Positions 35,469 through 45,809 of a stretch of DNA of 64,000 nucleotides are shown in pieces. The DNA comes from an uncultured Acidobacteriota bacterium (GTDB taxonomy: Bacteria > Acidobacteriota > Thermoanaerobaculia > Multivoradales > UBA5704): positions 5,248,001 through 5,312,000 of the forward strand of contig CAVYRF010000002.1 in assembly GCA_963770895.1 (NCBI GenBank). Direction: 5' to 3'. Numbering within the stretch: position 1 is the first letter of the stretch; every line of letters starts with the position of its first letter. The position numbers and the translations under genes were made by a program. The notes below the pieces were generated by a model. It searched no databases. It was given only the letters and a program-made list of their open reading frames with translations, and was not told the DNA's origin.

Positions 35469-36827
35469 CTACAGCTCGCCGGCGGCCAGACTGCGCAGGG
35501 CGCCGAGCGACGGCACGAAGGCGTAGACCCCTCCCGCGGCGTGGACGTGGCGCTGGATGGACAGAGACTGGCGGCCGTGCAGGGGGCAGCGCAACGTGAC
35601 CGGGGCGGCGTCTTCGCCGATCAGCGGGTCGGGCCCGTCGTCGGCTTCGAAGAAGTCGGGGTCGTGAGCCCAGCCGCGCAGCAGAAACTCGAATTGCTGC
35701 TCGATGCTCGCCATGAACGAGTTCATCAGCAGGCCGCGCTCGACGTCGGGGCCGAAGCCGGGGCCGGCTTCGGGATCGTAGATCGGGCCGAAGGGCACGG
35801 CGCGCCGGATCAAACGGTGCCACTCGCGGTCGACCACCATGTTGGAGCGCGGGTACATCTTGCGGATGTGGGAAAAACGCGGCGTCTTGAGGCCGTGCGG
35901 ATCGTCTTCGTAATCGAAGACCGCGCCCGGCGCAGCGCCGTCGTCCACCTCGGGAGAGTGGACCAGGGGAGCGCCGCTCGGCCAGCGGCCGATCAGCCGG
36001 GCCGCCAGCTCGTCGGCCGACATCGGCACCCCGCGGCCGGCCAGCTCGGCACTCGCCGCGGTCAGCTGGGCGCGCCAGCCCGGCACGTCCTGATGGAAAC
36101 GCTTGAAGACCTGGAAGGTGCCGTCGTGCATCCACGCCGGACAGGCGATGGGCGGCCCGAGGCCGCCGGCGCCGTGGCGCGGGTGGCCGAGGACGAACTC
36201 CCCGGCCGGGGTCAGCCGGCGCTCCGGCTCGCCTGCCGCCGGATCGTCGTGGCCGAGCACCGCCGGCTGCGAGATGCCGTCGCGGAAGCCGAAGTGCTCG
36301 CGGCCGGCCATGGCTCCGGGGAGCAAGCCGCCACGCTCCACGTGCACGACGTCGACGCCGTCGCCGGCGCGCCGCCGCTCTTCTTCGAGGGCTCCCTCGA
36401 GACGCTCCAACGAGGTCGAAGCCAGGGTGAGGAGGGCGTCGACGGGTGCCTGGCCCGGACCGCCGAAAGCCCAGCGCTCCGGTGCCCCGGGGCCGCGGTC
36501 GCGCAGCTTGGCGGCGCGGGCGGCGGGACCCTGGCGGAATGCCTCGAACGATTCCAGGCCGGCGAGCGCCTCAGGCGCAAGCCGGCCCAGCCCGCGATGA
36601 CAGAGACCGAGGCTCCGGCAGACGGCACTATCGCCGCCGGCCGGAGCCGCATTCACCAACGCCGTGGCGGTGATCCCGGAGAGCACCCGCCGCAGCCAGC
36701 GGCGGGCACCTCCGGGGTCGGCCAGGGAGAGCATCAGGAAGGCCTGATGCTCCTCGGGAAACGGCGCCAGGACGTTGCCCTGGATCTCCTCCGAGGCGCG
36801 TAGCGGCGCCGCCGCGACGCCGGTCAT
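35469..36827 (-). CDS. Dyp-type peroxidase
   Basis: EIQGNVL, EHFGFRDGISQP, GEFVLG, DGTFQVF..F.QDV, HIRKMYPR, IRRAVPFG, QQFEF. Confidence 0.9.
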   Translation of the reverse strand: MTGVAAAPLRASEEIQGNVLAPFPEEHQAFLMLSLADPGGARRWLRRVLSGITATALVNAAPAGGDSAVCRSLGLCHRGLGRLAPEALAGLESFEAFRQGPAARAAKLRDRGPGAPERWAFGGPGQAPVDALLTLASTSLERLEGALEEERRRAGDGVDVVHVERGGLLPGAMAGREHFGFRDGISQPAVLGHDDPAAGEPERRLTPAGEFVLGHPRHGAGGLGPPIACPAWMHDGTFQVFKRFHQDVPGWRAQLTAASAELAGRGVPMSADELAARLIGRWPSGAPLVHSPEVDDGAAPGAVFDYEDDPHGLKTPRFSHIRKMYPRSNMVVDREWHRLIRRAVPFGPIYDPEAGPGFGPDVERGLLMNSFMASIEQQFEFLLRGWAHDPDFFEADDGPDPLIGEDAAPVTLRCPLHGRQSLSIQRHVHAAGGVYAFVPSLGALRSLAAGEL

Positions 36828-36836
36828 GTCCGGCGC

Positions 36837-37349
36837 TCAGAAGCGCAGCTTGGGCAGGACTTCGTGCAAGGGCTTGACCGCGCCCAGCTGCTGCAGCAGG
36901 CCGAGGGTGTCCATCTCCAGCCAGCCGGCCTGGAGGGTGCCCTCCGCCGCCCCCCCGTGGTTCTGGGGGTCGATGGGATCGATCGGCTTATGGGGGCCGG
37001 TGTAGACGCCGATGGCGGAGACGGTGACGTAGTTGCCGGTCGGCTGGATGCCGAGGAACGGGCCGGTGTGCTTGCCGCGCAGGGTCCAACGGATGGAGAC
37101 TTCGGCTTCGCCGCTCTCTTTCTCGGCGCCGAAGAGGTCGTTGACCTCGACATCGAAGCCGGGGAATCCCTTGTGGAATTCGCGCGAGAACTGCTTGATG
37201 CCCTCGGGGCCAGGCGCGAAGCCCGGGAAGGGGTACTGGAAGCGGAAGTCGGGGGTCAGGATGTTGTCCGCGAGGTCGTAGTTGCCGTCACGGAAAACCT
37301 GCGTGAACAACGCCTCGACTGCCTGGGTGCTCGCTTGAACGTTGGCCAT
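36837..37349 (-). CDS. SnoaL-like ester cyclase / NTF2-like protein
   Basis: GPEGIK.F...F..GFP, RWTLRGKHTGPFLGIQPTG, DTLGLLQQLG. Confidence 0.85.
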   Translation of the reverse strand: MANVQASTQAVEALFTQVFRDGNYDLADNILTPDFRFQYPFPGFAPGPEGIKQFSREFHKGFPGFDVEVNDLFGAEKESGEAEVSIRWTLRGKHTGPFLGIQPTGNYVTVSAIGVYTGPHKPIDPIDPQNHGGAAEGTLQAGWLEMDTLGLLQQLGAVKPLHEVLPKLRF

Positions 37350-37460
37350 GTCGCCTGCTCCTTTAGGTAACGCGCGCGCGTTGCCTGAAAAGGCCTCCCT
37401 GACGTTGAGGGACGCCTCGATCCGCGGGGTCGGCGCAATTGGTGATCGTAAACCTACCCT

Positions 37461-39302
37461 TCATGATAGGTGCACGTCCTGGAACTGGCGTTGACAAAGC
37501 CGGGCGTAGAGGCCGGCTTGGGCCACGAGCTCATCGTGGCTGCCGAGCTCGACGATGCGGCCGCGGTCGAGGACGGCGATGCGGTGGGCGATGCGGACCG
37601 TGCTCAGCCGGTGGGCGACGACGATCGCGGTGCGGCCGGCCAGCAGCCGCGCGAGGGCCTCCTGCACCAGGTGCTCGCTCTCGCTGTCGAGGGCGGAGGT
37701 GGCCTCGTCCAGGAGCAGCATGCGCGGGTTCTTGAGCAGGGCGCGGGCGATCGCCAGGCGCTGGCGCTGACCGCCGCTCAGCTTGGTAGCCCGCTCGCCG
37801 ACCACCGTGTCGTAGCCCTCCGGCAGCTCGGTGATGAAGGCGTGGGCGTTGGCCGCCTCGGCCGCCGCGATCATCTCCTCTTCGCTCGCCTCGAGCCGGC
37901 CGTAGAGGATGTTCTCGCGCACCGTGCCGCCGAAGAGTTGCGTTTCCTGGGGCACCAGGGCGATCTGCAGCCGCAGGCTCGCGAGGCTCACCTTGCGGAG
38001 GTCGACGCCGTCGATCAGCACCCGACCCGCGGTGGGGTCGTAGAAGCGGGGTACCAGGTTGACCAGGGTGGTCTTGCCGGCCCCGCTGGGGCCCACCACG
38101 GCGAGGATCTCGCCCGGCTCGAGATCGAGGGAGACCTCGGCCAGCACCGGCGCCATCGCGACGCCGGGGGCCGGGGCTTCATAGGCGAAGCTCACCCGCT
38201 CGAAGGTCAGGCGGCCGGCCATGCGGGGCAGGCGCGGGGCGCCGGGCAGCTCGACCACCTCGGTGCGGGTGTCGAGCAGCTCGAGCAGCCGCACCGACGA
38301 GCCCACCGCCTGCTGCAGCCGGCTCCACAGGCCGCCGAACCAGTTGATGGCGCCGCCCATCATCGAGGTGAGGATGATGAAGGTCACGAGCTGCCCCGGG
38401 GTGAGCTTGCCCGCCAGCACCTGCTTGCCGCCGTACCAGATGACCAGCACCGTGCAGGTGAAAAACATCGCCGAGAGGAGCGGCCCGAAGAGCACCTCCA
38501 GGTACAGCCGGCGGAGCGCGAGGGTGAAGAGCTGGTGCAGCCGCGCCCCGAAGCGCCTGGACTCGTACTCCTCGCGGACGAAGGAGCGCACGATGCGGAC
38601 GCCGCTCAACGACTCCTCGAGCACCGTGGTCACGGCGGCGAACGCGTCGGTCAGGTCCTGGGACAGGTTGCGCAGGAAACGGCCGAGGATCACCGAGGTG
38701 ATCGACACGGTGGGCACCAGCAGCACCATCAGGAGGGTCAGGCGCCATTCGAGATAGAGGATCACCACCAGCGAGCCGGCAAACGTGAACATCTGCTGCA
38801 GCAGCCCGGCGACGTCGGCAGTGAGCACGCCGCGGATGTTCGAGACGTCGTTCATCACCCGCGACACCAGCTCGCCGGTGCGGCGCTGGTTGAAGAACGA
38901 CAGCGACAGGGTCTGCAGGTGCTCGTAGAGCTTCTGGCGCAGGTCGATGGTCAGGCGCACGCCGACGAAGCTCAGCAGGTAGCCCACCAGCAGCTGGGTG
39001 CCGCTCTGCAGGACGTAGATGCCGATGAGGGCGAGGGTCACCCGGGGCAGCAGCCGGGGATTGCCGCCGGGCACGATGGAGTCGACCAGGTAGCTCCAGG
39101 CGATGGGGCCGGCCAGGCCCAGGACGCTGCCGACGGCCACCCCCAGGAGGGCCAGGAGCAGTCGCCGGCGGTAAGGCCGGGCAAAGGCGAAGAGCCGCCT
39201 GAGGGGCGCGAGAGTGCTCGCCATGCGCCCCCCGCGCAGGCTGGCGAGCAGGGCCATGAGGCCGCCGAGGGTGGGTTGCGCGCTGTCCAGGGGTGTGGCC
39301 AT
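37461..39302 (-). CDS. ABC exporter, fused permease/ATPase (MsbA-like)
   Basis: Six-TM domain, GPSGAGKT, LSGGQRQR, LLDEATSALD, AHRLS. Confidence 0.95.
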   Translation of the reverse strand: MATPLDSAQPTLGGLMALLASLRGGRMASTLAPLRRLFAFARPYRRRLLLALLGVAVGSVLGLAGPIAWSYLVDSIVPGGNPRLLPRVTLALIGIYVLQSGTQLLVGYLLSFVGVRLTIDLRQKLYEHLQTLSLSFFNQRRTGELVSRVMNDVSNIRGVLTADVAGLLQQMFTFAGSLVVILYLEWRLTLLMVLLVPTVSITSVILGRFLRNLSQDLTDAFAAVTTVLEESLSGVRIVRSFVREEYESRRFGARLHQLFTLALRRLYLEVLFGPLLSAMFFTCTVLVIWYGGKQVLAGKLTPGQLVTFIILTSMMGGAINWFGGLWSRLQQAVGSSVRLLELLDTRTEVVELPGAPRLPRMAGRLTFERVSFAYEAPAPGVAMAPVLAEVSLDLEPGEILAVVGPSGAGKTTLVNLVPRFYDPTAGRVLIDGVDLRKVSLASLRLQIALVPQETQLFGGTVRENILYGRLEASEEEMIAAAEAANAHAFITELPEGYDTVVGERATKLSGGQRQRLAIARALLKNPRMLLLDEATSALDSESEHLVQEALARLLAGRTAIVVAHRLSTVRIAHRIAVLDRGRIVELGSHDELVAQAGLYARLCQRQFQDVHLS

Positions 39303-39325
39303 CGGCGTCTGTCGCTCGACTCGAT

Positions 39326-39601
39326 CTATTCCTTCACGCGGGCAGCGCTGACAAGAGGATAGGCTTCGGGGCGCTCGATCGAGTCCACGTGCAGATCCAC
39401 GTCCAGATCCGGCCAGTAGAGGTGGTGGGGCTGCGGCCTCTCCACCTTCGCCAGGTGTGCGATGGTGGCATGAGCAAACCAGGGGAACGCCCGGAACGCC
39501 AGGAAGAGCTCCCGCTCGTCGAGCAGCAGCCAAAAGCCGTGCTGGGACACGTTTGTGACCTCAAGATTCGAAATGTGCGCTCCAGGCTGCCCTGATCTCA
39601 T
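39326..39601 (-). CDS. DUF2442 antitoxin-like protein
   Basis: EVTNVSQHGFWLLLD..E.FL.F..FPWF...HLYWPDLDVDL. Confidence 0.85.
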   Translation of the reverse strand: MRSGQPGAHISNLEVTNVSQHGFWLLLDERELFLAFRAFPWFAHATIAHLAKVERPQPHHLYWPDLDVDLHVDSIERPEAYPLVSAARVKE

Positions 39602-39800
39602 TGTCGTGCTCCATGATGAGCCGCAAGGCCACGCGGATCGTGTGCTCACTCAGTCCGTAGTTCTTCGCGAGCTCGATGTCGGGCTCCATCCAGAACTTTG
39701 CCTCGCCGTCTTCGCCCACGACATGTACGTGCATCCTCTTCTCTTCTCGGGAAAAGAAAAAGAAGCGCAGCCCAGCGGCTCGAAGATCGTCAGGCTCGCA
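39561..39800 (-). CDS. DUF4160 toxin-like protein (N-terminus possibly degenerate)
   Basis: GLRFFFFSREE.RMHVHV....GEAKFW.EP.I.LA; start unclear. Confidence 0.8.
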   Translation of the reverse strand, partial: CEPDDLRAAGLRFFFFSREEKRMHVHVVGEDGEAKFWMEPDIELAKNYGLSEHTIRVALRLIMEHDNEIRAAWSAHFES

Positions 39801-39899
39801 TAGCGAGTCTAGCATCCGGCGCAATCAGGCCCGTCCCGCGGCATGGCCAGGTGCTGGATCATCGCGTCCCTCCTGTGTTTGCGGCTCTCCAGCCGCTCG

Positions 39900-40075
39900 C
39901 CAGGCCGTCGCCGCCGATCCAGAGCTCGCCCGGGACGCCCGGCGTCGGCCAGGCTGAAGATCGTGGTGTTGGCGCCGATCCCGAGCCCCAGCGACAGCCC
40001 CGCCACCAGGGTGAAGCCGGGCCGCCTCGCCATGGTGCGGATCGCGTATCGCAGGTCGGCAAGCAGGCTTTCCAT
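39900..40075 (-). pseudogene. chimeric remnant: ADOP permease N-terminus joined to an NRPS adenylation-domain fragment
   Basis: [41 protein letters not shown] then, in another frame, [15 protein letters not shown]. Confidence 0.7.
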
Positions 40076-40275
40076 CGCGCGTCCCCCTATCTGGCCGCGA
40101 CCAACGGGCCAGGCTTCCTGCAGGTACCCTGGTGCACGAACACGGGGCCGCGAAGGGGTGGTCCGCCACGGGCCGCCGCGAAATCCGCATTCCGCGCACT
40201 TCATTTTTCAAGAGAGTAGCTCGGCGCGCATGCCTGGCGCTGCTGAATGTACGCCGCTTCCCGCAAGGAGAGACC

Positions 40276-40446
40276 ATGAAGAAGACCGCGAAGCGCCTGA
40301 TGCTGTGCCGCGAAACCGTGCAGACCCTGGCCAGTGGTGAGTTGCTGCATCGTGCAATGGGCGGCGTCAACACCGTCCCGACCTACTGCAAGGACTTCTG
40401 CTCGGAGCGGACCGTCTGCTCCGTGACCTGCGCCAAGAGCTGCTAG
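40276..40446 (+). CDS. lanthipeptide-like RiPP precursor (56 aa)
   Basis: MKKTAKRLMLCRETVQTL...AMGG-VNTVPTYCKDFCSERTVCSVTCAKSC; AAGGAG RBS. Confidence 0.8.
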   Translation: MKKTAKRLMLCRETVQTLASGELLHRAMGGVNTVPTYCKDFCSERTVCSVTCAKSC

Positions 40447-40527
40447 CCGCTGGCCAGTGGCGCGGGGTTTGCTAGGATCTGGGCGGGCGCCAGCTGCGCG
40501 CCGCCCATCGTCCACCTGCCCTGTCCG

Positions 40528-42492
40528 ATGCCACCCGATTCCGTCCCGACGTATGCGCCGATCCGCGACTATGCGCTGATCGGGGATTGCCGGACCGCGG
40601 CCCTGGTTTCGCGCTGGGGGTCGGTGGATTTTCTGTGTCTGCCGCGGTTCGACGGGGCCTCGGTGTTTGCGGCGCTGCTGGATGCGGAGGGCGGCGGCAG
40701 GTTTTTCGTGCGGCCGGCGGACGGGCCGTTCGAGGCGCGGCGGTGCTACGTGGACAGCACCAACGTGCTGCAGACCACCTTCCGCACCGCCGGCGGCGAG
40801 CTGCGGCTGACCGACGCGATGAGCGTTTCCGGGCACGACGAGCGGCGGGGGGAGCTGCTGCCCGAGCACGAGCTGCTGCGCTGTATCGAGTGCACCGCCG
40901 GCCAGGTCGCAGTCGAAGTGGGGTGCGATCCGCGTTTCGATTGGGGGCGCGCGGTGCCGATGCCGCGCGACCGGCGAGCCCTGGGTTTCATCTGGGAGCA
41001 CTCCGACCAGCTGCTGGTGTTGCGCAGCGAGGTACCGGTCGCGGCGGCGCCCGCCCGCTCCGGCGACGGCGGTGGCGGTGGGGGCGGTGGCGACGGGCGG
41101 CGCGCCGGTGTGTACGGCCGCGAGGTGCTGTCGGCGGGCGACCGGCGGTTTGTGTCGCTGGCTTCGATCAGCGGCGAGCCGGGCGTCTTCCTGCCGCTGG
41201 GGGAGGCCGCGGCGGCGCGGCTGGCGCGGTCGGTGCGGTGGTGGGAGCGATGGATCGCCGACTGCGTGTACTCCGGCCCGGCGCGGGCGGCGGTGGTGCG
41301 GAGCCTGCTGGCGCTCAAGCTGCTGACCTACTCGCCGTCGGGCGCGGTGATCGCTTCGCCCACCACGTCGCTGCCGGAAGAGATCGGCGGCGTGCGCAAT
41401 TGGGACTATCGCTACTGCTGGCTGCGCGACGCGTCGTGGACGCTGACCGCCTTTTTCGACCTGGGCTATCGCGACGAAGGACAGGCGTTCTTCTCGTGGT
41501 TGCTGTACGCCACGCGCATGCGCACGCCGGCACCCGCCAGCCACCGCTGGACGCCGCGGCTGCGCATCCTGAACGTGCTCTACGACGTGCATGGCGAAGT
41601 GCGGTTGCGCGAGCGCGAGCTGTCGTGGCTGTCCGGCTACGCGGGCTCGCGGCCGGTGCGGGTGGGCAACGGCGCCAGCGGCCAGCTGCAGCTGGACATC
41701 TTTGGCGAGGTGGTGCAGGCGGCGTTTGAGTTCGTCGAGCGCGGCGGCACTTTGGACGCCACCGAAGGCAGGCTGTTGCGGCAGCTCGGCGACACCGTGA
41801 GCCGGTTGTGGCGCGAGCCCGACCAGGGGATCTGGGAGAAGCGCTCGGGCCGCTTCCACCACACCTATTCCAAGGCGATGTGCTGGGTGGCGCTGGATCG
41901 CCTGCTGCTGCTCGGGGAGCGCGGCGCCATCCGCCTGCCGTCCAGGAGCGCGGCGGGCTTCCGGCGCGAGCGCGAGGCGCTGCGCGCCGCCATCGAGGGC
42001 GAAGGGTGGAGCGAGCGGTTGGGCAGCTACGTCGACGTGCTGGGCGGCGACGAGCTGGATGCCAGCCTGCTGCTGCTCGGTCTGCGCGGCTTTGACGACC
42101 CGGCGCGTTCGCCGCGCCTGCAGGCGACGCTCGCCCAGGTGCGCACCCGCCTGGAGAGCGGCGGCCTGCTGTACCGCTACCCGCCGGGGGACGACGGGAT
42201 TGCCGGCGGCGAGGCGGCGTTCGGCATCTGCAGCTTCTGGCTGGCGGAGTTTCTGGCGCGCATGGGCCGCGTCGCGGAAGCCCAGGCGCAGTTCGACCGC
42301 GTCGTCGGCCACGCCAACGACGTCGGCCTGTTCAGCGAAGAGATCGAGCCGGCAACGGGCGCGCACCTGGGCAACTTCCCGCAGGCCTTCACCCATGTCG
42401 GCTTGATCTCGGCGGCGCTCGCCATCGCCGCCGCCACGGACGGCGAAGTGGCGCGCGCGGCGCCGGACGCGGCAAAGGGGGTGCGCCTGTGA
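40528..42492 (+). CDS. glycoside hydrolase family 15 (trehalase/glucoamylase-like)
   Basis: [60 protein letters not shown]. Confidence 0.95.
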   Translation: MPPDSVPTYAPIRDYALIGDCRTAALVSRWGSVDFLCLPRFDGASVFAALLDAEGGGRFFVRPADGPFEARRCYVDSTNVLQTTFRTAGGELRLTDAMSVSGHDERRGELLPEHELLRCIECTAGQVAVEVGCDPRFDWGRAVPMPRDRRALGFIWEHSDQLLVLRSEVPVAAAPARSGDGGGGGGGGDGRRAGVYGREVLSAGDRRFVSLASISGEPGVFLPLGEAAAARLARSVRWWERWIADCVYSGPARAAVVRSLLALKLLTYSPSGAVIASPTTSLPEEIGGVRNWDYRYCWLRDASWTLTAFFDLGYRDEGQAFFSWLLYATRMRTPAPASHRWTPRLRILNVLYDVHGEVRLRERELSWLSGYAGSRPVRVGNGASGQLQLDIFGEVVQAAFEFVERGGTLDATEGRLLRQLGDTVSRLWREPDQGIWEKRSGRFHHTYSKAMCWVALDRLLLLGERGAIRLPSRSAAGFRREREALRAAIEGEGWSERLGSYVDVLGGDELDASLLLLGLRGFDDPARSPRLQATLAQVRTRLESGGLLYRYPPGDDGIAGGEAAFGICSFWLAEFLARMGRVAEAQAQFDRVVGHANDVGLFSEEIEPATGAHLGNFPQAFTHVGLISAALAIAAATDGEVARAAPDAAKGVRL

Positions 42493-42971
42493 ACATCGGC
42501 AGCGTCCTGCTGGCAGGCTTTTGCGCCACGCTGGTGCTGACCAGCTGCCTGGCCGCCAGCCAGGGTTTGGGCCTGTCGCGGCTGTCGCTGCCGCTGGTTC
42601 TGGGCGCCGCCTTTTCGCCCGACCGCCAGCGTGCCAACCTGATCGGGTTTGTGCTGCACATGGTCAACGGCTGGCTGTTCGCGCTGGTCTACGCGCTGGC
42701 TTTCGAAAGCCTGCGCCGCGCCAACTGGTGGTTGGGCGCCGGCTTCGGCCTGGTGCAGGCGCTGTTCATCCTGACGGTGGTGATGCCGTTGCTGCCGGCG
42801 CTGCATCCGCGCATGGCCGGCGAGGACTACGGGCCCAGCCCCACGCGCCAGCTGGAACCGCCCGGCTTTCTGGCGCTCAACTACGGCCGCCACACGCCGC
42901 TCGCGACCCTGATCGCTCACCTCTTGTACGGCGCCATCCTGGGCGCCTTCTACACCCTGGCGCCGCGGTAG
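42489..42971 (+). CDS. membrane protein coupled to GH15
   Basis: Multiple hydrophobic helices, HPRM and EPPGF.ALNYG motifs; GTGA overlap. Confidence 0.8.
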   Translation: MNIGSVLLAGFCATLVLTSCLAASQGLGLSRLSLPLVLGAAFSPDRQRANLIGFVLHMVNGWLFALVYALAFESLRRANWWLGAGFGLVQALFILTVVMPLLPALHPRMAGEDYGPSPTRQLEPPGFLALNYGRHTPLATLIAHLLYGAILGAFYTLAPR

Positions 42972-43024
42972 CCGGCGCGCCTCGGCCCGCGGCCAGCAGA
43001 CCCTACGGAAGTGGAGGATACCTG

Positions 43025-43942
43025 ATGACAGACAAGACCCATTCGCATACCGCCGCCCCTCACGCCGCCGCCCACCAGGGCGAACGGCCGATCGCGGCCA
43101 GCGGCACCATCCACCTGGGCGACCTGCAAGTCCATCGCCTGGGGTACGGCGCCATGCAGCTGACCGGCCGCGGCGTCTGGGGACCGCCCAAGGACCACGA
43201 CGAAGCCATCCGCGTGCTGCGGCGGGCGATCGACCTGGGGGTCGATCTGATCGATACAGCCGACTCGTATGGACCGTACGTCTCCGAGGAGCTGATCCGC
43301 GAGGCGCTGCATCCCTATCCGTCACACCTGTCGATCGCCACCAAGGCTGGCTTCGTGCGCACGGGGCCGGGGGACGGGTGGGTTCCCGTCGGCAGGCCGG
43401 AATACCTGCGGCAGGAATGTGAGATGAGCCTGCGCCGCCTGGGCGTCGAACGGCTCGACCTGTTCCAGCTGCATCGCATCGATCCCAAGGTGCCGGCGGA
43501 CGAGCAGTTCGGCTTGCTCAAGGAGCTGCGCGACGAGGGCAAGGTGCGCAACGTCGGCCTTTCCGAGGTGAACGTCGACGAGATCCTGGCGGCGCAGGCG
43601 GTGGTGCCGATCGTGTCGGTGCAGAACCGTTACAACTTGATCGATCGCCAACACGAAAAGGTGTTGGACCACTGCGCCGCGCACGGCATCGCCTTCATCC
43701 CCTGGTACCCCATCGCCAGCGGCGCGCTGGTCAAGCCGGGCGGGCCTCTGGACGAGATCGGCAAGGCCGTCGGCGCGACCCCGCCGCAGGTGGCGCTCGC
43801 CTGGCTGCTGCACCGCGCGCCGGTGATGCTGCCGATCCCCGGCACCTCGACCGTGGCCCACCTGGAAGAGAACTGCGCCGCCGCCACGATCAAGCTGACC
43901 GATGCCCAGGTCGCGAAGCTGAGCAGCGCCAAATTCTCCTAG
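43025..43942 (+). CDS. aldo/keto reductase
   Basis: [43 protein letters not shown]. Confidence 0.95.
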   Translation: MTDKTHSHTAAPHAAAHQGERPIAASGTIHLGDLQVHRLGYGAMQLTGRGVWGPPKDHDEAIRVLRRAIDLGVDLIDTADSYGPYVSEELIREALHPYPSHLSIATKAGFVRTGPGDGWVPVGRPEYLRQECEMSLRRLGVERLDLFQLHRIDPKVPADEQFGLLKELRDEGKVRNVGLSEVNVDEILAAQAVVPIVSVQNRYNLIDRQHEKVLDHCAAHGIAFIPWYPIASGALVKPGGPLDEIGKAVGATPPQVALAWLLHRAPVMLPIPGTSTVAHLEENCAAATIKLTDAQVAKLSSAKFS

Positions 43943-44168
43943 TCTGGCGGCCAAACCGCCCATCGGTCGCGTCCGTCCGGAGCGCCGTGGCGGGGGTGCG
44001 CCTCTGCGAGCCCGCGGTGGACGCGGCGGTTTGCCTCTCGGCTTGCTGGCACCTTTCTTGCCTTAGTACAAAGAGTGGGGGTGATCCGGGCCGGGCCCCC
44101 GCAGCGATGGAATGCGATGGGAAGTCCGCAAGCTCGCGGGCTTCGCCGGCCAAGGAAGGAGATGGATC

Positions 44169-44798
44169 ATGCGCAACTTGGTAAAACCTTTCCTTTTTGC
44201 TTCCGGGGTGGCGCTGGCCGCGGTCCTGGCGGCGGCTCCCTCTCTGGGGCAGGGGATGGCACACAATGCTCCCAGCCCCGGCGACTTGAACGCGCCGGCC
44301 AGCCCCGGCGACATGAACGCGCCGGCACGCATGGACCAGATGGACAACAACACCGCCAGCGCCCTGCACGGACGCGACCGCGACTTCGTGATGGACGCGG
44401 CGCGCGGCGGCCTGGCCGAGGTCGAGCTGGGCAAGCTGGCCGTGGCCAAGGGCACCAGCCCCGACGTCAAGCAGTTCGGCCAGCGGATGGTCGACGATCA
44501 CAGCAGGGCCAATGACAAGCTGCGCGAAGTGGCCCTTTCGAAGGGCGTGACGCTGCCGGCCGACATGGACAGGAAGAGCCGCGACGAATATCGCAAGCTG
44601 GACCAGCTGTCCGGCGAGCGGTTCGATCGCGCCTACGTCGACATGATGGTCAAAGACCACAAGAAGGACGTCGCCGACTTCGATCACGAGGTCAAGCGCG
44701 GCAACGATCCCGACGTGCAGCGCTTCGCTTCGATGACCCTGCCGACCCTCGAGGAGCATCTCACCATGGTCAAGGGTCTGCAGGGCATGCAGCACTGA
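44169..44798 (+). CDS. DUF4142 domain secreted protein
   Basis: DRDFV..AA.GGLAEV..GKLA...VKQFGQRMVDDH, FDRAYV..MV.DH, LPTL.EHL. Confidence 0.9.
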   Translation: MRNLVKPFLFASGVALAAVLAAAPSLGQGMAHNAPSPGDLNAPASPGDMNAPARMDQMDNNTASALHGRDRDFVMDAARGGLAEVELGKLAVAKGTSPDVKQFGQRMVDDHSRANDKLREVALSKGVTLPADMDRKSRDEYRKLDQLSGERFDRAYVDMMVKDHKKDVADFDHEVKRGNDPDVQRFASMTLPTLEEHLTMVKGLQGMQH

Positions 44799-45063
44799 CG
44801 CCAGGCCACCAGGCTGGCTCGGCCACTGGCCGGCCGGCCAACGACCAACCCGCATTCGCCGAACCGGGCCGTGGGGCGCGCGCGGCAGATCTGAGCCCAA
44901 GTCTGCCGTGCGCCCTGCAGCCTCGCATAAGCGGCCTTCTCTCCTGCTCCGGGCACGAGTGATCCCGCTCTCCCGCCCCGTCACCCCCATTTCACGCGGG
45001 GTGCTTTTTCGTAGCACCACCCATCCCGGCTGTTGCGCGCCGCCTATATAGCTGCTGCAGGCG

Positions 45064-45369
45064 GTGCTCGAAGGCGCCAAGCGCCAGGATCTGCAGGGCG
45101 CCACCTATCTTTCGCTGGAGGCCTGGGATCTCGGTACCGCCAGGGTCGGCGACACGACCTACAAGCACCGCGGGAGCTTTGTCACCGACCAGAGCGGTGA
45201 GCCGGCCTTCCTGTTCGTGGTCGAAAACGCCAAGGATGGTTCAACCGTGACCTACTCCGGCAGGATCGGCGCAAAGGGCAGCAGCGTTTCCTATAAGAAG
45301 GTCGCTATGAGCGCGCCCAACGCCACGCCCGAGGTCAGCAACGGGTCCTGGAGCCAGATCGCGGATTGA
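45064..45369 (+). CDS. hypothetical protein or fragment
   Basis: 101-aa beta-rich ORF with GC3-biased codons; no clear start. Confidence 0.4.
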   Translation: MLEGAKRQDLQGATYLSLEAWDLGTARVGDTTYKHRGSFVTDQSGEPAFLFVVENAKDGSTVTYSGRIGAKGSSVSYKKVAMSAPNATPEVSNGSWSQIAD

Positions 45370-45567
45370 GGCGGCCGGCAACCGGCATGCCCAGCCGGAG
45401 GCAACCCCCGCGGGGTGGCGGTGGCGCAGCGGTCTCCAGGAGCGGCGACGGCTCGGGGGGGCAGGGGGTTGCCTCTGGATTGGAAGAGCATGATCCCAGT
45501 TCGGATCGACTCATCGAGCCAGCCATGCAGCGCGGCCGGGGCTGAGAATTACTCTCGCTCAAGTGCC

Positions 45568-45622
45568 AGTGTCCCGCCCGGTTCATTCGCATAGTCCAAG
45601 CGAATGAACCGGGCGGGACACT
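45568..45622. repeat. perfect 23-bp inverted repeat with 9-nt loop (REP-like)
   Basis: agtgtcccgcccggttcattcgc - atagtccaa - gcgaatgaaccgggcgggacact. Confidence 0.85.
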
Positions 45623-45809
45623 TCCAATGCTCGTTAAATGACGGCGGAAGAGAAGGCGACCGGCGCCTTTCTCGGCATGATCGGCTGCCGAGAGATATAG
45701 GGCGCGGCGAGAGCGCGGAGGTGGAGTTGTTTTTCGGGCGGCGCCGGCTTCGTCGACCGGTGCCGGCCCGCCCCGCGAGGGGGCGGACCGGCGGGATGCC
45801 AGGGATGGG

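Noticed and set aside
35469-35520. Encapsulin cargo-loading peptide on the DyP
   Set aside because: The C-terminus is the normal DyP end, with no GSLxIGSL-type extension and no encapsulin gene nearby.
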